NCBI GenBank assembly: GCA_965222155.1
Contig: CBDCTH010000012.1
Span: 2,272,001 to 2,336,000, forward strand
DNA from: Gammaproteobacteria bacterium
Lineage (GTDB): Bacteria > Pseudomonadota > Gammaproteobacteria > Eutrophobiales > Eutrophobiaceae
Direction of reading: 5' to 3'
Length of the DNA stretch: 64,000 nt
The notes beneath the pieces are model-generated. The model worked only from the letters and a program-made list of their open reading frames with translations. It had not been told where the DNA came from and did not search any database. This document shows, piece by piece, positions 19,464 to 30,500 of the stretch (within the stretch, counting starts at the first letter, position 1; every line of letters starts with the position of its first letter). Made by a program: the position numbers and the translations under genes.

Positions 19464-19934
19464 GCCCGGATATTGTACCAGTGGATGCGATGATCACGCC
19501 GGATTTTTGGCGCTGGCGGGTGCCTGCGACCGAAAGCATAGCTGGGACTCTGATTGAGGGACAAATTGTCAGGATAGACAATTTGCACGGCGACAGCCGC
19601 CCGCAGGGTTGCGCCCAGAGCCTGCCCCCCTGCTTACAACCGCAGGGGCAAGCTCTGTATGGAGTTGAGCAGGGGGATGGGCGCAATGAACACGTACCCG
19701 CCAGCGCCACAAATCCATCTGGAATGGATTTGGACACTCGAAGAGTGCCCGAAGGGGGCGCTCCAGAGCTTGCCCCTGTATGGAGTTGGGCAGGGGGATG
19801 GAGCGCATCAAAAAGACAAGTGAGGGCGCATCCAGCGTAGATCGTAAAAGCAATGAAAGTGATAAACTGCGTATAACGCATTGACAGCATAAGACTTTCA
19901 CTCTATGACAAGCGAACTGGTACAATATCCGGGC
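19464..19934. mobile_element. Non-coding MITE-like element with 19-bp terminal inverted repeats
   Basis: GCCCGGATATTGTACCAGT (19464-19482) / ACTGGTACAATATCCGGGC (19916-19934). Interior ~19595-19690 is nearly identical to the reverse complement of ~34620-34715. A lone TIR copy lies at 35287-35303. Confidence 0.75.
19881..19909 (+). promoter_or_regulatory. Putative sigma70 promoter inside the MITE, facing mobA
   Basis: TTGACA (19881-19886), 17-nt spacer, TATGAC (19904-19909); an additional TACAAT at 19921-19926 lies in the TIR. Confidence 0.45.
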
Positions 19935-19937
19935 AAA

Positions 19938-20531
19938 GTGTCGAAAACCGAGATTACCGGCGTCATCCTGGCTGGAGGCGAAGCAAGGCGCATGGGCGGT
20001 GGCGACAAAGGCCTGGTGGAGTTGTGCGGCAAACCGTTGGTCGAGCACGCGCTGGCCGCTTTATCCCCCCAGGTTAACGCAATCATCATCAATGCAAACC
20101 GCAACCATGACCGCTATGCCGCCTATGGCTACCCCGTCATAGCGGATAACAGACAGGGTTTTCAAGGTCCCCTGGCCGGCATGTTGAGCTGCCTTGAGGC
20201 AGCAAAGACGGAGTTCATGGTTTCGGCCCCCTGCGATTCGCCGTTGCTTCCGGATGACCTGGTGGCTCGCTTGTTCAGACAATTGAGCGATGCTGAGGCG
20301 GACATCAGCGTCGCCCATAACGGCGACAGAATTCAGCCGGTGTTTACGCTCATGCCGATCTCCCTGGCCCCTTCCATGCAGGCGTTTCTCGATGGCGGCG
20401 GTCGCAAGATAGACCGGTGGTTCGAGCAACACAAGCTGGCCGTGACTGATTTTTCCGATAAACCGGAGTGCTTCAGGAATATCAACAACCCGGCTGAACT
20501 GGCGCAGATGGAGGCGCAGTTGGATGCCTGA
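19938..20531 (+). CDS. mobA: Molybdenum cofactor guanylyltransferase
   Basis: GVILAGGEARRMGGGDKGL, INANR, GPLAG, APCDSP, F.NIN.P. Start placed at GTG 19938 because the track start ATG 19905 lies inside the MITE. Confidence 0.93.
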   Translation: MSKTEITGVILAGGEARRMGGGDKGLVELCGKPLVEHALAALSPQVNAIIINANRNHDRYAAYGYPVIADNRQGFQGPLAGMLSCLEAAKTEFMVSAPCDSPLLPDDLVARLFRQLSDAEADISVAHNGDRIQPVFTLMPISLAPSMQAFLDGGGRKIDRWFEQHKLAVTDFSDKPECFRNINNPAELAQMEAQLDA

Positions 20532-21066
20532 ACTCCCGGAAATTCCATTGATAGGCTTCGCCGCCTACAGCGGCACCGGGAAAACGACTCTGCTGGTCAA
20601 CCTGCTGGGTATTTTTACCTCCCAAAACCTGCGCGTGGGCATCATTAAACATGCCCATCACAGTTTTGAAATCGATTATCCGGGGAAAGACAGTTATGAA
20701 CTCCGCAAGGCCGGCGCCAGCCAGGTATTGATCGGCTCAAAAAAGCGTTGGGCATTGCTGGTTGAAAACCGGGATGACGATGATAAACCGCTGGAATATC
20801 ATATCAGGAACCTGGACCTGGATAACCTGGACCTGATTCTGGTTGAGGGCTTTAAACCTGAAGCCATCCCCAAGATAGAGCTGCATCGCCCGAGCCTGGG
20901 GCGTGACTTCCTGTACCTGAATGATACGAGTATCATAGCCATTGCTACCGATGCCGAGTTATCAATCGAGACGGAATTACCCATTCTGGACTTGAATGAT
21001 CCGGAGCAAATTGCACGATTTATTATTGACCGTTATTGTTTGTACCCGCAGACTGGGCGGGTGTAA
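20524..21066 (+). CDS. mobB: Molybdopterin-guanine dinucleotide biosynthesis protein B
   Basis: AYSGTGKTT, IKHAHH.F..D.PGKDS.ELRKAGA, DLILVEGFK. Confidence 0.95.
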   Translation: MPELPEIPLIGFAAYSGTGKTTLLVNLLGIFTSQNLRVGIIKHAHHSFEIDYPGKDSYELRKAGASQVLIGSKKRWALLVENRDDDDKPLEYHIRNLDLDNLDLILVEGFKPEAIPKIELHRPSLGRDFLYLNDTSIIAIATDAELSIETELPILDLNDPEQIARFIIDRYCLYPQTGRV

Positions 21067-21079
21067 TAGTAAATAAGGT

Positions 21080-21185
21080 GAGGAATTGGACAGGCTTGTC
21101 AGGACACGCTGTGAATACATCCCTGTACGCTTACCGGCAGCCATCCCTGGCTGCCGATAGTCCTGACAAGCCTGTCCAATTCCTC
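21080..21185. repeat. Conserved-core palindromic element, copy 1 (26-bp arms)
   Basis: Arms 21080-21105 and 21160-21185 are perfectly complementary; the core is shared with 35351-35406. Confidence 0.9.
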
Positions 21186-21198
21186 TTGCTGAAATTTA

Positions 21199-22467
21199 AT
21201 GAACAAATCGATTATTGAGAAAGACCCCAGTTGCAGGGGTGATTTTGACCCGAAGTCACTGTCGGCTGATGCCGCGCTGGAACAGATAAAGTCCAGAGCC
21301 ATCCGCATCAAGGGGATTGAAAAAATCGCTATTCGCGAGGCGCTGAACCGGATATTGGCCGAAAATATCCGTTCCCACATAAACGTGCCTACCGGCACCA
21401 ACTCCGCCATGGACGGTTACGCGGTCAACAGCGGGGATATTCCTTCCAGCGGCAGTGCCGAGTTGAGTGTGCTGGGTACGGCCTGGGCGGGCAAACCTTT
21501 CGGCGGCGAGTTGAGCGCCGGGAGCTGCGTGCGCATCATGACCGGGGCGATCATGCCGGATGGCGCCGATACCGTGATCATCCAGGAAGACGTGCAGGTC
21601 ACCGGCGCCGGCATAATCATCGATGGCGCTACCAGGAAAGGCGATAACGTACGCCAGGCAGGTGAAGACATTGCCGCCGGCGACCTCATTTTGACCAGGG
21701 GACGGCGCCTGAACCCTGCAGATATCGGCTTGATTGCCTCCCTGGGCATTGCCGAGGTGTGCGTGGTACGGCGCTTGCGGGTGGCGTTCTTTTCAACGGG
21801 GGATGAACTGCGTTCCATCGGGGAAACCCTGAGTGACGGCGCGATCTATGACAGTAATCGCTACACCTTGTACGGCATGCTGGAACGGATGGGCGCCGAT
21901 ATCATCGACATGGGCGTCATAAAAGATGACCGGGATGACCTGGAAGAGGCTTTTTCCATTGCTGCCGCCAATGCCGACGTCCTGATTACTTCGGGCGGCG
22001 TATCCGTCGGCGAGGCGGATTACATCAAGGAAATACTGGCTAAACTGGGGAAGGTGGACTTCTGGAAAGTAGCCATCAAACCCGGCCGGCCGCTTGCATT
22101 CGGACGGGTAGGCAATGCCCTATTTTTCGGCTTGCCGGGCAATCCCGTTTCCGTCATGGTCACATTTTACGAATTTGTTCAGCCGGCATTACGGAAAATG
22201 ATTGGAGAAGACGACGCCGGTGTGCTGTCCTTGAAAGCACGCTGTGATTCCAAACTGAAGAAACGCCCGGGCAGGGTTGAATACCAGCGTGGCATTCTGC
22301 AAAGAGACGAGGATGGAACTCTGGTGGTGGTGAAGACCGGCGCCCAGGGTTCGGGTATCCTCCGATCAATGTCACAGGCGAACTGTTTTATCATCCTTCC
22401 TCTGGATTCAGACGGAGTGGAACCGGGGACTTTTGTCGATATACAACCGTTCTCCGGCCTAGTTTGA
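21199..22467 (+). CDS. moeA: Molybdopterin molybdotransferase
   Basis: NSAMDGYAV, RIMTGA.MP.GADTV.IQE, FSTGDEL, ITSGGVSVG.AD, KPGRPLAFG, GLPGNPVS. Confidence 0.96.
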   Translation: MNKSIIEKDPSCRGDFDPKSLSADAALEQIKSRAIRIKGIEKIAIREALNRILAENIRSHINVPTGTNSAMDGYAVNSGDIPSSGSAELSVLGTAWAGKPFGGELSAGSCVRIMTGAIMPDGADTVIIQEDVQVTGAGIIIDGATRKGDNVRQAGEDIAAGDLILTRGRRLNPADIGLIASLGIAEVCVVRRLRVAFFSTGDELRSIGETLSDGAIYDSNRYTLYGMLERMGADIIDMGVIKDDRDDLEEAFSIAAANADVLITSGGVSVGEADYIKEILAKLGKVDFWKVAIKPGRPLAFGRVGNALFFGLPGNPVSVMVTFYEFVQPALRKMIGEDDAGVLSLKARCDSKLKKRPGRVEYQRGILQRDEDGTLVVVKTGAQGSGILRSMSQANCFIILPLDSDGVEPGTFVDIQPFSGLV

Positions 22468-22560
22468 CTGGATTTTCATCCTTTGGTCCGTTAACGGCAC
22501 ATCCTTGTGCCACTACTCGGAATTCGCCGAAATGACGAATTACAAGGAATGGTTATATAA

Positions 22561-22649
22561 CTGGATTCCGGCATTCGCCGGAATGACGTCCCGTTATTCT
22601 GGTGATAACTGTTTTTCCATCGTCATTCCGGCGAGTGCCGGAATCCAGT
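22561..22649. repeat. REP-like palindrome doublet between convergent moeA and pqqB
   Basis: CTGGATTCCGGCATTCGCCGGAATGACG and CGTCATTCCGGCGAGTGCCGGAATCCAG; a degenerate third copy at about 22467-22537. Confidence 0.85.
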
Positions 22650-22687
22650 GAAATAATTCACCACCTTCGATGTCACATTTTTAGTTT

Positions 22688-23617
22688 TCACAACTCAATA
22701 TCCATGCCGTCGTAAGACACTTCCCAGCCAGCATCTTCAACCGTTCGGCGTTCTGCACTGTTGGCAAACAGAATCGGGTTGGTCGTATTTATGTGGATAA
22801 AGATTTTTCTTTTTATCCCCAGGTCTTTCAATGCCGCAAGGGTGCCCTGTTCTCCCGAGACGCTGATATGCCCCATGCGCTGACCTGTTTTTATCCCCAC
22901 GCCGTCACGGATCATCTCATCGTCCACCCATAAGGTGCCGTCAAAGAAAATCAGGTCGGCGCCACTAATCTTCTCAGCCAGCTCCGGTGTCACCCGGGCA
23001 CAGGCCGGCATGTAGTAAAAGGACTTCCCGTTATTAGTATCTTCGACGTGCAGGGCAATCGTGTCTTCATCCACTGAGCCGAAATCCTTTCCTTTGCTTT
23101 CGTCTTCGAGCCATAAGGCCACCTTGCCCGGTACGGCGAAAGGTGTGATCCGTATATCCATGGAACTGCCGTCCGGTTTCAGCATCTCAAGGGGCTCATT
23201 CAACTGCATAGCTTCCCGGCTGACGAATTTCGGGTTCAATACGTTAAATATCGTATTGGCCTGGAGCACGCCCAGCACTCGTTGGGTAGCATAAATTCGC
23301 AGGGGTTGAGATTCACGTAAATTCAGCAGCCCGGCAACGTGGTCCACGTCGGCATTGGTCAGTACCGCCCCCATGATCGGGCTGTGCCGGAGGTCTTTTT
23401 TGGGATGCAGGATGTCGTTGTCGTTGATCTGCTGACGCAGGTCCGGGGAAGCATTAAACAGGTACCAGTCCGCTCCGTCGGCACTGACGGCAATGGACGA
23501 CTGGGTGCGCTGGGGAGCAGCAGGATCATCTTGCCTGGCTCGCCTGCTGTTCGGATGATTACAATTCCACTGTGGATAGCCGCCGCCGGCGGCAGCGCCT
23601 AATACCCTGACGTGCAT
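22688..23617 (-). CDS. pqqB: PQQ biosynthesis protein B
   Basis: VLGAAAGGGYPQWNCN, RTQSSIAVS, NASPDLRQQI, LTNADVDH.AGLL.LRE, GQRMGH, IHINTTNPIL. Confidence 0.96.
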   Translation of the reverse strand: MHVRVLGAAAGGGYPQWNCNHPNSRRARQDDPAAPQRTQSSIAVSADGADWYLFNASPDLRQQINDNDILHPKKDLRHSPIMGAVLTNADVDHVAGLLNLRESQPLRIYATQRVLGVLQANTIFNVLNPKFVSREAMQLNEPLEMLKPDGSSMDIRITPFAVPGKVALWLEDESKGKDFGSVDEDTIALHVEDTNNGKSFYYMPACARVTPELAEKISGADLIFFDGTLWVDDEMIRDGVGIKTGQRMGHISVSGEQGTLAALKDLGIKRKIFIHINTTNPILFANSAERRTVEDAGWEVSYDGMDIEL

Positions 23618-23643
23618 TGTGCAAACTCCTCATTCCTATGCAT

Positions 23644-23667
23644 GGGGACAGACTTAAGTCTGTCCCC
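23644..23667. repeat. Palindrome family GGGGACAGA(C/T)TTAA(G/A)TCTGTCCCC
   Basis: Perfect 24-bp palindrome; other copies at 4790, 51912, 56689 and 58537. Confidence 0.85.
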
Positions 23668-23671
23668 TCTT

Positions 23672-24118
23672 CTATCTCGATGAATAGCCCGAGGTATTCT
23701 GTTCAACCCAGCGCTCCCCACTTCTGACTGTTTCCTTTTTCCAGAACGGCGCCTTGTGTTTCAAATCCTCGATAATAAAACGGGTTGCGTCGATTGCATC
23801 GCCCCGATGGGCTGACCAGACCGCGATCAGCACGATGTCATCGCCTATCTCAATGTCACCGGTGCGATGCAGTACCAGGATATCCAGTATCGGCCATTGT
23901 TTTTTTGCCTGCACACAGATCTCATTCAGATGTTTCTCGGTCATGTCCGGGTAATGCTCCAGGGACATATTCCGGACTTCCTCACCTTCGTTGAAATCCC
24001 GCATCGTACCGACAAATACACAGGTTGCGCCGGACTTTCCCGGATTGTCGGGTGACGACTGGTAGCCCTTTACTTCTGTCAGGGCATCGAAAGGCGCCGA
24101 TCTTAACTCCACCCGCAT
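23672..24118 (-). CDS. moaE: Molybdopterin synthase catalytic subunit
   Basis: GA...FVG.MR, LEHYP.MT, HR.G....G..IV..AV.S.HR..A, LK.KAPFWKKE; start placed at ATG 24118. Confidence 0.95.
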   Translation of the reverse strand: MRVELRSAPFDALTEVKGYQSSPDNPGKSGATCVFVGTMRDFNEGEEVRNMSLEHYPDMTEKHLNEICVQAKKQWPILDILVLHRTGDIEIGDDIVLIAVWSAHRGDAIDATRFIIEDLKHKAPFWKKETVRSGERWVEQNTSGYSSR

Positions 24119-24128
24119 GATGACCGGT

Positions 24129-24362
24129 CTACCCCCCTGTAACGGGAGGGAAAAAGGCAACTTCATCACCTTCTTTCAGTTCCGGGTCGCCTTTAACGTG
24201 TTCCATGTTGACTGCCACAAGCAACGCCTCCGGCATTGACTCGTCGCCGGAGATTTTGCGCCAGACATCCGAAACCTTCAGGCCGGACGTATATTTCACC
24301 CGGTCCTCTGCACGCCCTAATTCTTCACGGATACGGGCAAAAAACTTGACTTTTATCGGCAT
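24129..24362 (-). CDS. moaD: Molybdopterin synthase sulfur carrier subunit
   Basis: IKVKFFARIRE.LG, VAVN, GDEVAFFPPVTGG; start placed at ATG 24362. Confidence 0.95.
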   Translation of the reverse strand: MPIKVKFFARIREELGRAEDRVKYTSGLKVSDVWRKISGDESMPEALLVAVNMEHVKGDPELKEGDEVAFFPPVTGG

Positions 24363-24540
24363 TTTAGCAGTTCCTGCTGACTGAGGTTCAGGGGCCACCC
24401 CTGCATGTCAACCTGATCATCATACCAAACGGATGAAGAATGTCTACTGCTGTCGCACTCAGTAAATCCGCGGGGGAGTGCTGGCTTGCAGGGCTTGCCG
24501 GCGAGGAAATGCAGGCCGTGAGACCCGTCGCCAGCCCGAC

Positions 24541-27500
24541 TCACAGCAGAAAGTCACCAGCGATCAGATCGTGTAGCCCGACCAGGGTTACCATGAAGTC
24601 GGCCGCACCATCGCCGTCCAGATCAGTCAACACCTCGGTGTAGTCATCGTTCGTATTGCTGCCCGTGTTCGCACCGCGCCGGACATAGCGTGCCTCGCCC
24701 GCAGTACCGGTAAAGTCCTCCGTGCCGATGAAGACCAGGTCATTGCCCAAGCCGGACAGGTCCAGCCGGTCGCCATCACCCCCGGCGCCTGAGAAGTCCA
24801 GGATCTGATCCGCATTCGTTGTAGTCGAGGCCGATGCCGCATTGTATACAAAACTGTCCGCCCCGGCGCCGCCGTCCAAGGTGTCAGCGTCGCCACCCCC
24901 TTCGAGTGTATCGTCGCCACCTCCGCCGACCAGCCAGTTGTCGCCGGCAGCGCCCTGTAACTCATCGCCATGCGCCGAGCCGATGACATTCTCGATACTC
25001 CTGAGGCTGTCGCCCTCAGCATGACCGCCCGATACCGTACCAGCACCAAGGTTCACCCGGACTCCCGCATTCGAACTCCTGTAAGACACGCTGTCGTTGC
25101 CGCCTTCGCCGTGCAACGCGTCGGCCCCGGCGCCGCCCTCAAGCACGTCGTTACCGCCGCTGCCGTACAACCGGTCAGCGCCCGCTTCCCCGTACAACCG
25201 GTCATCCCCTGACAGCCCCACCAGCTTATCGTCGCCGGCGCGCCCCCATAGAGCGTTGGCGTTGTTGTCGCCGCGCAATTCATCGTCATAGGCCGAGCCA
25301 ATGACGTTCTCAATGCTGTTGAACGTATCGCCCGCCGCATGACCCCCCGATACCGCACCGTTGCCAAGGTCCACCCGTACCCCCGCCCCAGAGCCGGCGT
25401 AGGAGGCCGTGTCGCTCCCGCCGCCGCCGCCCAGGGTGTCAGCGCCGTCACCCCCTTCGAGTACATCGTCGCCGCCTTCGCCCCGCAGCGTGTCGCCCCC
25501 GTCGCCACCCCGTAACTCGTCCGCAGCCGGCGTCCCGACCAGGGGGGCGTTGACGTCCCTGACTTCCCTGACTTCCCTGATCTGGACCCCCACGAGGTCG
25601 GCCACTTCCAGCGTGTGCAGTCCGTCCAGGGTCACCTTGAAGTCGGCCGCACCATCGCCATTCAGATCAGCCAGCACGTCGGTGTAGTCATCGTTTGTAT
25701 TGCTGCCCGTGTTCGCACCGCGCCGGACATAGCGCACCTCGCCCGCAGTACCGGTAAAGTCCTCCGTGCCGATGAAGACCAGGCCGTTGCCCAGACCGGA
25801 CAGGTCCAGCCGGTCGCCATCACCCCGGCACCTGAGAAGTCCAGAATGTAGTCCGTGTTCGCGGTAGTCGAGGCCGATGCCGCATTGTATACAAAACTGT
25901 CCGCCCCGGCGCCACCGTCAAGGGTGTCGGCGCCATCACCCCCTTCGAGTGTATCGTCACCACCTCCGCCGACCAGCCAGTTGTCGCCGGCAGCGCCCTG
26001 TAACGCATCGCCATGCGCCGAGCCGATGAGATTCTCGATGCCACTGAACGTGTCGCCCGCCGCATGACCGCCCGACACCGTACCGGTACCAAGGTCCACC
26101 TGCACGGCCGCGTTCGAACTCCTATAGGAGACCGTGTCGCTCCCGGCGCCGCCGTCCAGGGTGTCGGCACCGGCGCCCCCTTCGAGGGTATCGTTACCGC
26201 CTGCGCCAGCCAGCCGGTTGGCGCCGGCAGCGCCCTGCAACTCATCGTCATGTCTGGAGCCAGTGACATTCTCGATTCTACTGAGCGTATCACCCGTCGC
26301 ATGACCCCCCGACACCGTACCGGTACCAAGGTCCACCTGCACGGCCGCGTTCGAACTCCTATAGGAGACCGTGTCGCTCCCGGCGCCGCCATCCAGGGTG
26401 TCAGCGCCCGCACCACCTTCGATTAGATCGTTCCAGCCTTGGCCGTGCAACTCATCGTCCCCGGCGCCGCCCTGAAGTACATCGGCTCCGCCTTGGCCGT
26501 GCAACACATCGTCCCCGGCACCGCCCGCAAGCACATCGTGACCGCCGCTGCCGTACAACCGGTCAGCACCCGCTTCGCCGGTCAGCCGATTGGCGCCGGC
26601 ATCACCCCGCAACTCATCGTCATAGGCCGAGCCAATGACGTTCTCGATGCTGTTGAGCGTGTCGCCCGCCGCATGACCGCCCGACACCGCACCATTGCCA
26701 AGGTTTACCTGCACGGGCGCATCAGAGCCGGCGTAGGAAACCGTGTCGGTCCCGGCGCCACCGTCCAGGGTGTCGACGCCATCACCCCCTTCGAGCGTAT
26801 CATCGCCGCCTGCGCCGGCCAGCCGGTTGGCGCCGGCAGCGCCCTGCAACGCATCGTCATGCGCCGAGCCGATGACGTTCTCAATACTCCTGAGCGTGTC
26901 GCCCGCCGCATGACCGCCCGATACCGCACCGCTGCCAAGGTCCACCTGCACCCCCGCGTTCGATCTCCTGTAGGACACGGTATCGTCGCCGCCTTCGCCG
27001 TGCAACATATCGGCCCCGGCGCCGCCCTCAAGCACGTCGTTACCGCCGCTACCATACAACCGGTCAGCACCCGCTTCCCCGTACAGCCGGTCATCCCCTG
27101 ACAGCCCCACCAGCTTATCGTCGCCGGCGCGCCCCCATAGAGCGTTGGCATTGTTGTCGCCCCTCAATTCATCGTCATAGGCCGAGCCGATGACGTTCTC
27201 AATGCTGTTGAGCGTATCACCCACCGCATGACCACCCGACACCGCCCCGGTGTCCAGGTCTACTCGTACCCCCGCATCAGAGCCCGCATAGGAGACCGTG
27301 TCGCTCCCGGCGCCGCCGTCCAGGGTGTCGGCGCCATCACCCCCTTCGAGTACATCGTCGCCGCCTTCGCCCCGCAACGTGTCGTCCCCGTCGCCACCCC
27401 GTAACTCGTCCGCAGCTGGCGTCCCGACCAGGGGGGCGTTGACGTCCCTGACCTGAACCCCCACGAAGTCGGCCACCTCCAGCGTATGCAGTCCGTCCAG

Positions 27501-30500
27501 GGTCACCTTGAAGTTGGCCGCACCATTGCCATTCAGATCAGCCAGCACGTCGGTGTAGTCATCGTTCGTATTGCTGCCCGTATTCGCACCGCGCCGGACA
27601 TAGCGCACCTCGCCCGCAGTGTCGGTAAAGTCCTCCGTGCCGATGAAGACCAGGTCATTGCCCAAGCCGGACAGGTCCAGCCGGTCACCCTCACCCCCGA
27701 CACCCGAGAAGTCCAGGATCTGATCCGCATTCGTTGTAGTCGAGGCCGATGCCGCATTGTATACAAAACTGTCCGCCCCGGCGCCACCGTCCAGGGTGTC
27801 GGCCCCGGCGCCCCCTTCGAGCGTATCGTCGCCGCCTGCGCCGACCAGCCGGTTGGCGCCGGCAGCGCCCTGTAACGCATCGCCATGCGCCGAGCCGATG
27901 AGATTCTCGATGCCACTGAACGTGTCGCCCGCCGCATGACCGCCCGACACCGCACCGTTGCCAAGGTTTACCTGCACGGGCGCATCAGAGCCCGCGTAGG
28001 AAACCGTGTCGGTCCCGGCGCCGCCGTCCAGGGTATCGGCGCCATCACCCCCTTCGAGCGTATCGTCGCCGCCTGCGCCGGTCAGCCGATTGGCGCCGGC
28101 ATCACCCCGCAACTCATCGTCATACGCCGAGCCAATGACGTTCTCGATGCTGTTGAGCGTATCACCCACCGCATGACCACCCGACACCGCACCATTGCCA
28201 AGGTTTACCTGCACGGGCGCATCAGAGTCCGCGTAGGAGGCTGTGTCGGTCCCGGCGCCACCGTCCAGGGTGTCGGCGCCATCACCCCCTTCGAGCGTAT
28301 CATCGCCGCCTGCGCCGACCAGCCAGTTGGCGCCGGCAGCGCCCTGTAACGCATCGTCATGCGCCGAGCCGATGAGGTTCTCAATACTCCTGAGCGTGTC
28401 GCCCGCCGCATGACCGCCCGATACCGCACCGCTGCCAAGGTCCACCTGCACCCCCGCGTTCGAGCTACTGTAGGACACGCTGTCGTTGCCGCCTTCGCCG
28501 TGCAACACATCGGCCCCGGCGCCGCCCTCAAGCACGTCGTTACCGCCGCTACCATACAACCGGTCAGCACCCGCTTCCCCGTACAACCGGTCATCCCCTG
28601 ACAGCCCCACCAGCTTGTCGTCGCCGGCGCGCCCCCATAGAGCGTTGGCATTGTTGTCGCCCCTCAATTCATCGTCATAGGCCGAGCCGATGACGTTCTC
28701 GATGCTACTGAGCGTATCACCCACCGCATGACCACCCGACACCGCCCCGGTGTCCAGGTCTACTCGTACTCCCGCATCAGAGCCCGCATAGGAGACCGTG
28801 TCGCTCCCGGTGCCGCCGTCCAGGGTGTCGGCGCCATCACCCCCTTCGAGCGTATCATCGCCGCCTTCGCCCCGCAGCGTGTCGTCCCCGTCGCCACCCC
28901 GTAACTCGTCCGCAGCCGGCGTCCCGACCAGGGGGGCGTTGACATCCCTGGCCTGGACCCCCACGAAGTCGGCCACCTCCGGCGTGTGCAGTCCGTCCAG
29001 GGTCACCTTGAAGTCGGCCGCACCATTGCCGTCCAGGTCAGCTAACACATCGGTGTAGTCATCGTTCGTATTGCTGCCCGTGTTCGCACCGCGCCGGACA
29101 TAGCGCACCTCGCCCGCAGTACCGGTAAAGTCCGCCGTGCCGATGAAGACCAAGCCATTGCCCAGGCCGGACAGGTCCAGCCGGTCGCCCTCACCCCCGA
29201 CACCCGAGAAGTTCAGAATGTTGTCCGTGTTCGCGGCAGTCGAGTCCGATGCCGCGCGGTACAAAAACGTGTCCGCCCCGGCGCCGCCGTCCAGGGTGTC
29301 AGCGCCGTCACCCCCTTCGAGCGTATCGTCGCCGCCTGCGCCGACCAGCCGGTTGGCGCCGGCAGCGCCCTGCAACGCATCGCCATGCGCTGAGCCGATG
29401 ACGTTCTCAATACTCCTGAGCGTATCACCCGCCGCATGACCGCCCGACACCGCACCGTTGCCAAGGTTTACCTGCACGGGCGCATCAGAGCCCGCATAGG
29501 AGACCGTGTCGCTCCCGGCGCCGCCGTCCAGGGTGTCGGCGCCATCACCCCCTTCGAGCGTATCGTCGCCGCCTTCGCCCCGTAGCGTGTCGTCCCCGTC
29601 GCCACCCCGTAACTCGTCCGCATCTGACGTCCCGACCAGGGGGGCGTTGACGTCCCTGACGTCCCTGGCCTGGACCCCCACGAAGTCGGCCACCTCCAGC
29701 GTGTGCAGCCCGACCAGGGTCACCTTGAAGTCGTCAGCAGCACCATCGCCGTCCAGGTCGGCCAACACGTCGGTGAAGTCATCGTTCGTATTGCTGCCCG
29801 TGTTCGCCCCGCGCTGGACATAGCGCACCTCGCCCGCAGTGTGAGTAAAGGCCGCCGTCCCGATAAAAGTCAAATCGTAGGTGCTGTAATGGTAATAGTA
29901 CAGGTCCAGGTGCAGCCGGTCACCGTCACCTCCGACGCCTGAGAAGTCCAGGATGTGGTCCGCATTCGTGGCAGTCGAGTCCAATGCCGCGCCGCGGTAT
30001 ACAAAAGTGTCCGCGCCGGCCCCGCCACTCAACCGGTCGGCGTCGACACCGCCTATGAGCGCGTCGTCGCCGGCGCCACCCTCAAGCACGTCGTTGCCGT
30101 CCCAGCCGTACAGCCGGTCAGCGCCCGCTCGCCCCTCCAAACGGTTGGCGCCATCATGGCCTTTTATACTGTCGTCATGCCCCGACCCGATGACGTTCTC
30201 GATGCTGCTGAACGTGTCACCTTCAGCATGACCGTACGACCACGACCACGACCACGCAAGTTCTATCTGCACACCCGCGTTCGACCCCTCGTAGGACACG
30301 GTGTCGTTGCCGCCTCCGCCGTGCAACTCATCGGCCCCGGCGCCACCCGTGAGCACGTCGTCACCATCGTTGCCGTACAACCGGTCAGCGCCGGCTTCCC
30401 CGTACAGCCGGTCATCCCCTGACAGCCCCACCAGCTTATCGTCGCCGGCGCGCCCCCATATATCGTTGTCATTGTCGTCGCCCTGCAACTCGTCCGTACC

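Noticed and set aside
19459-19890. ORFs at 19459-19890, 19481-19840 and 34505-34832 as genes
   Set aside because: They are translations of shared repeat DNA; the same peptide appears at both loci and in both orientations.
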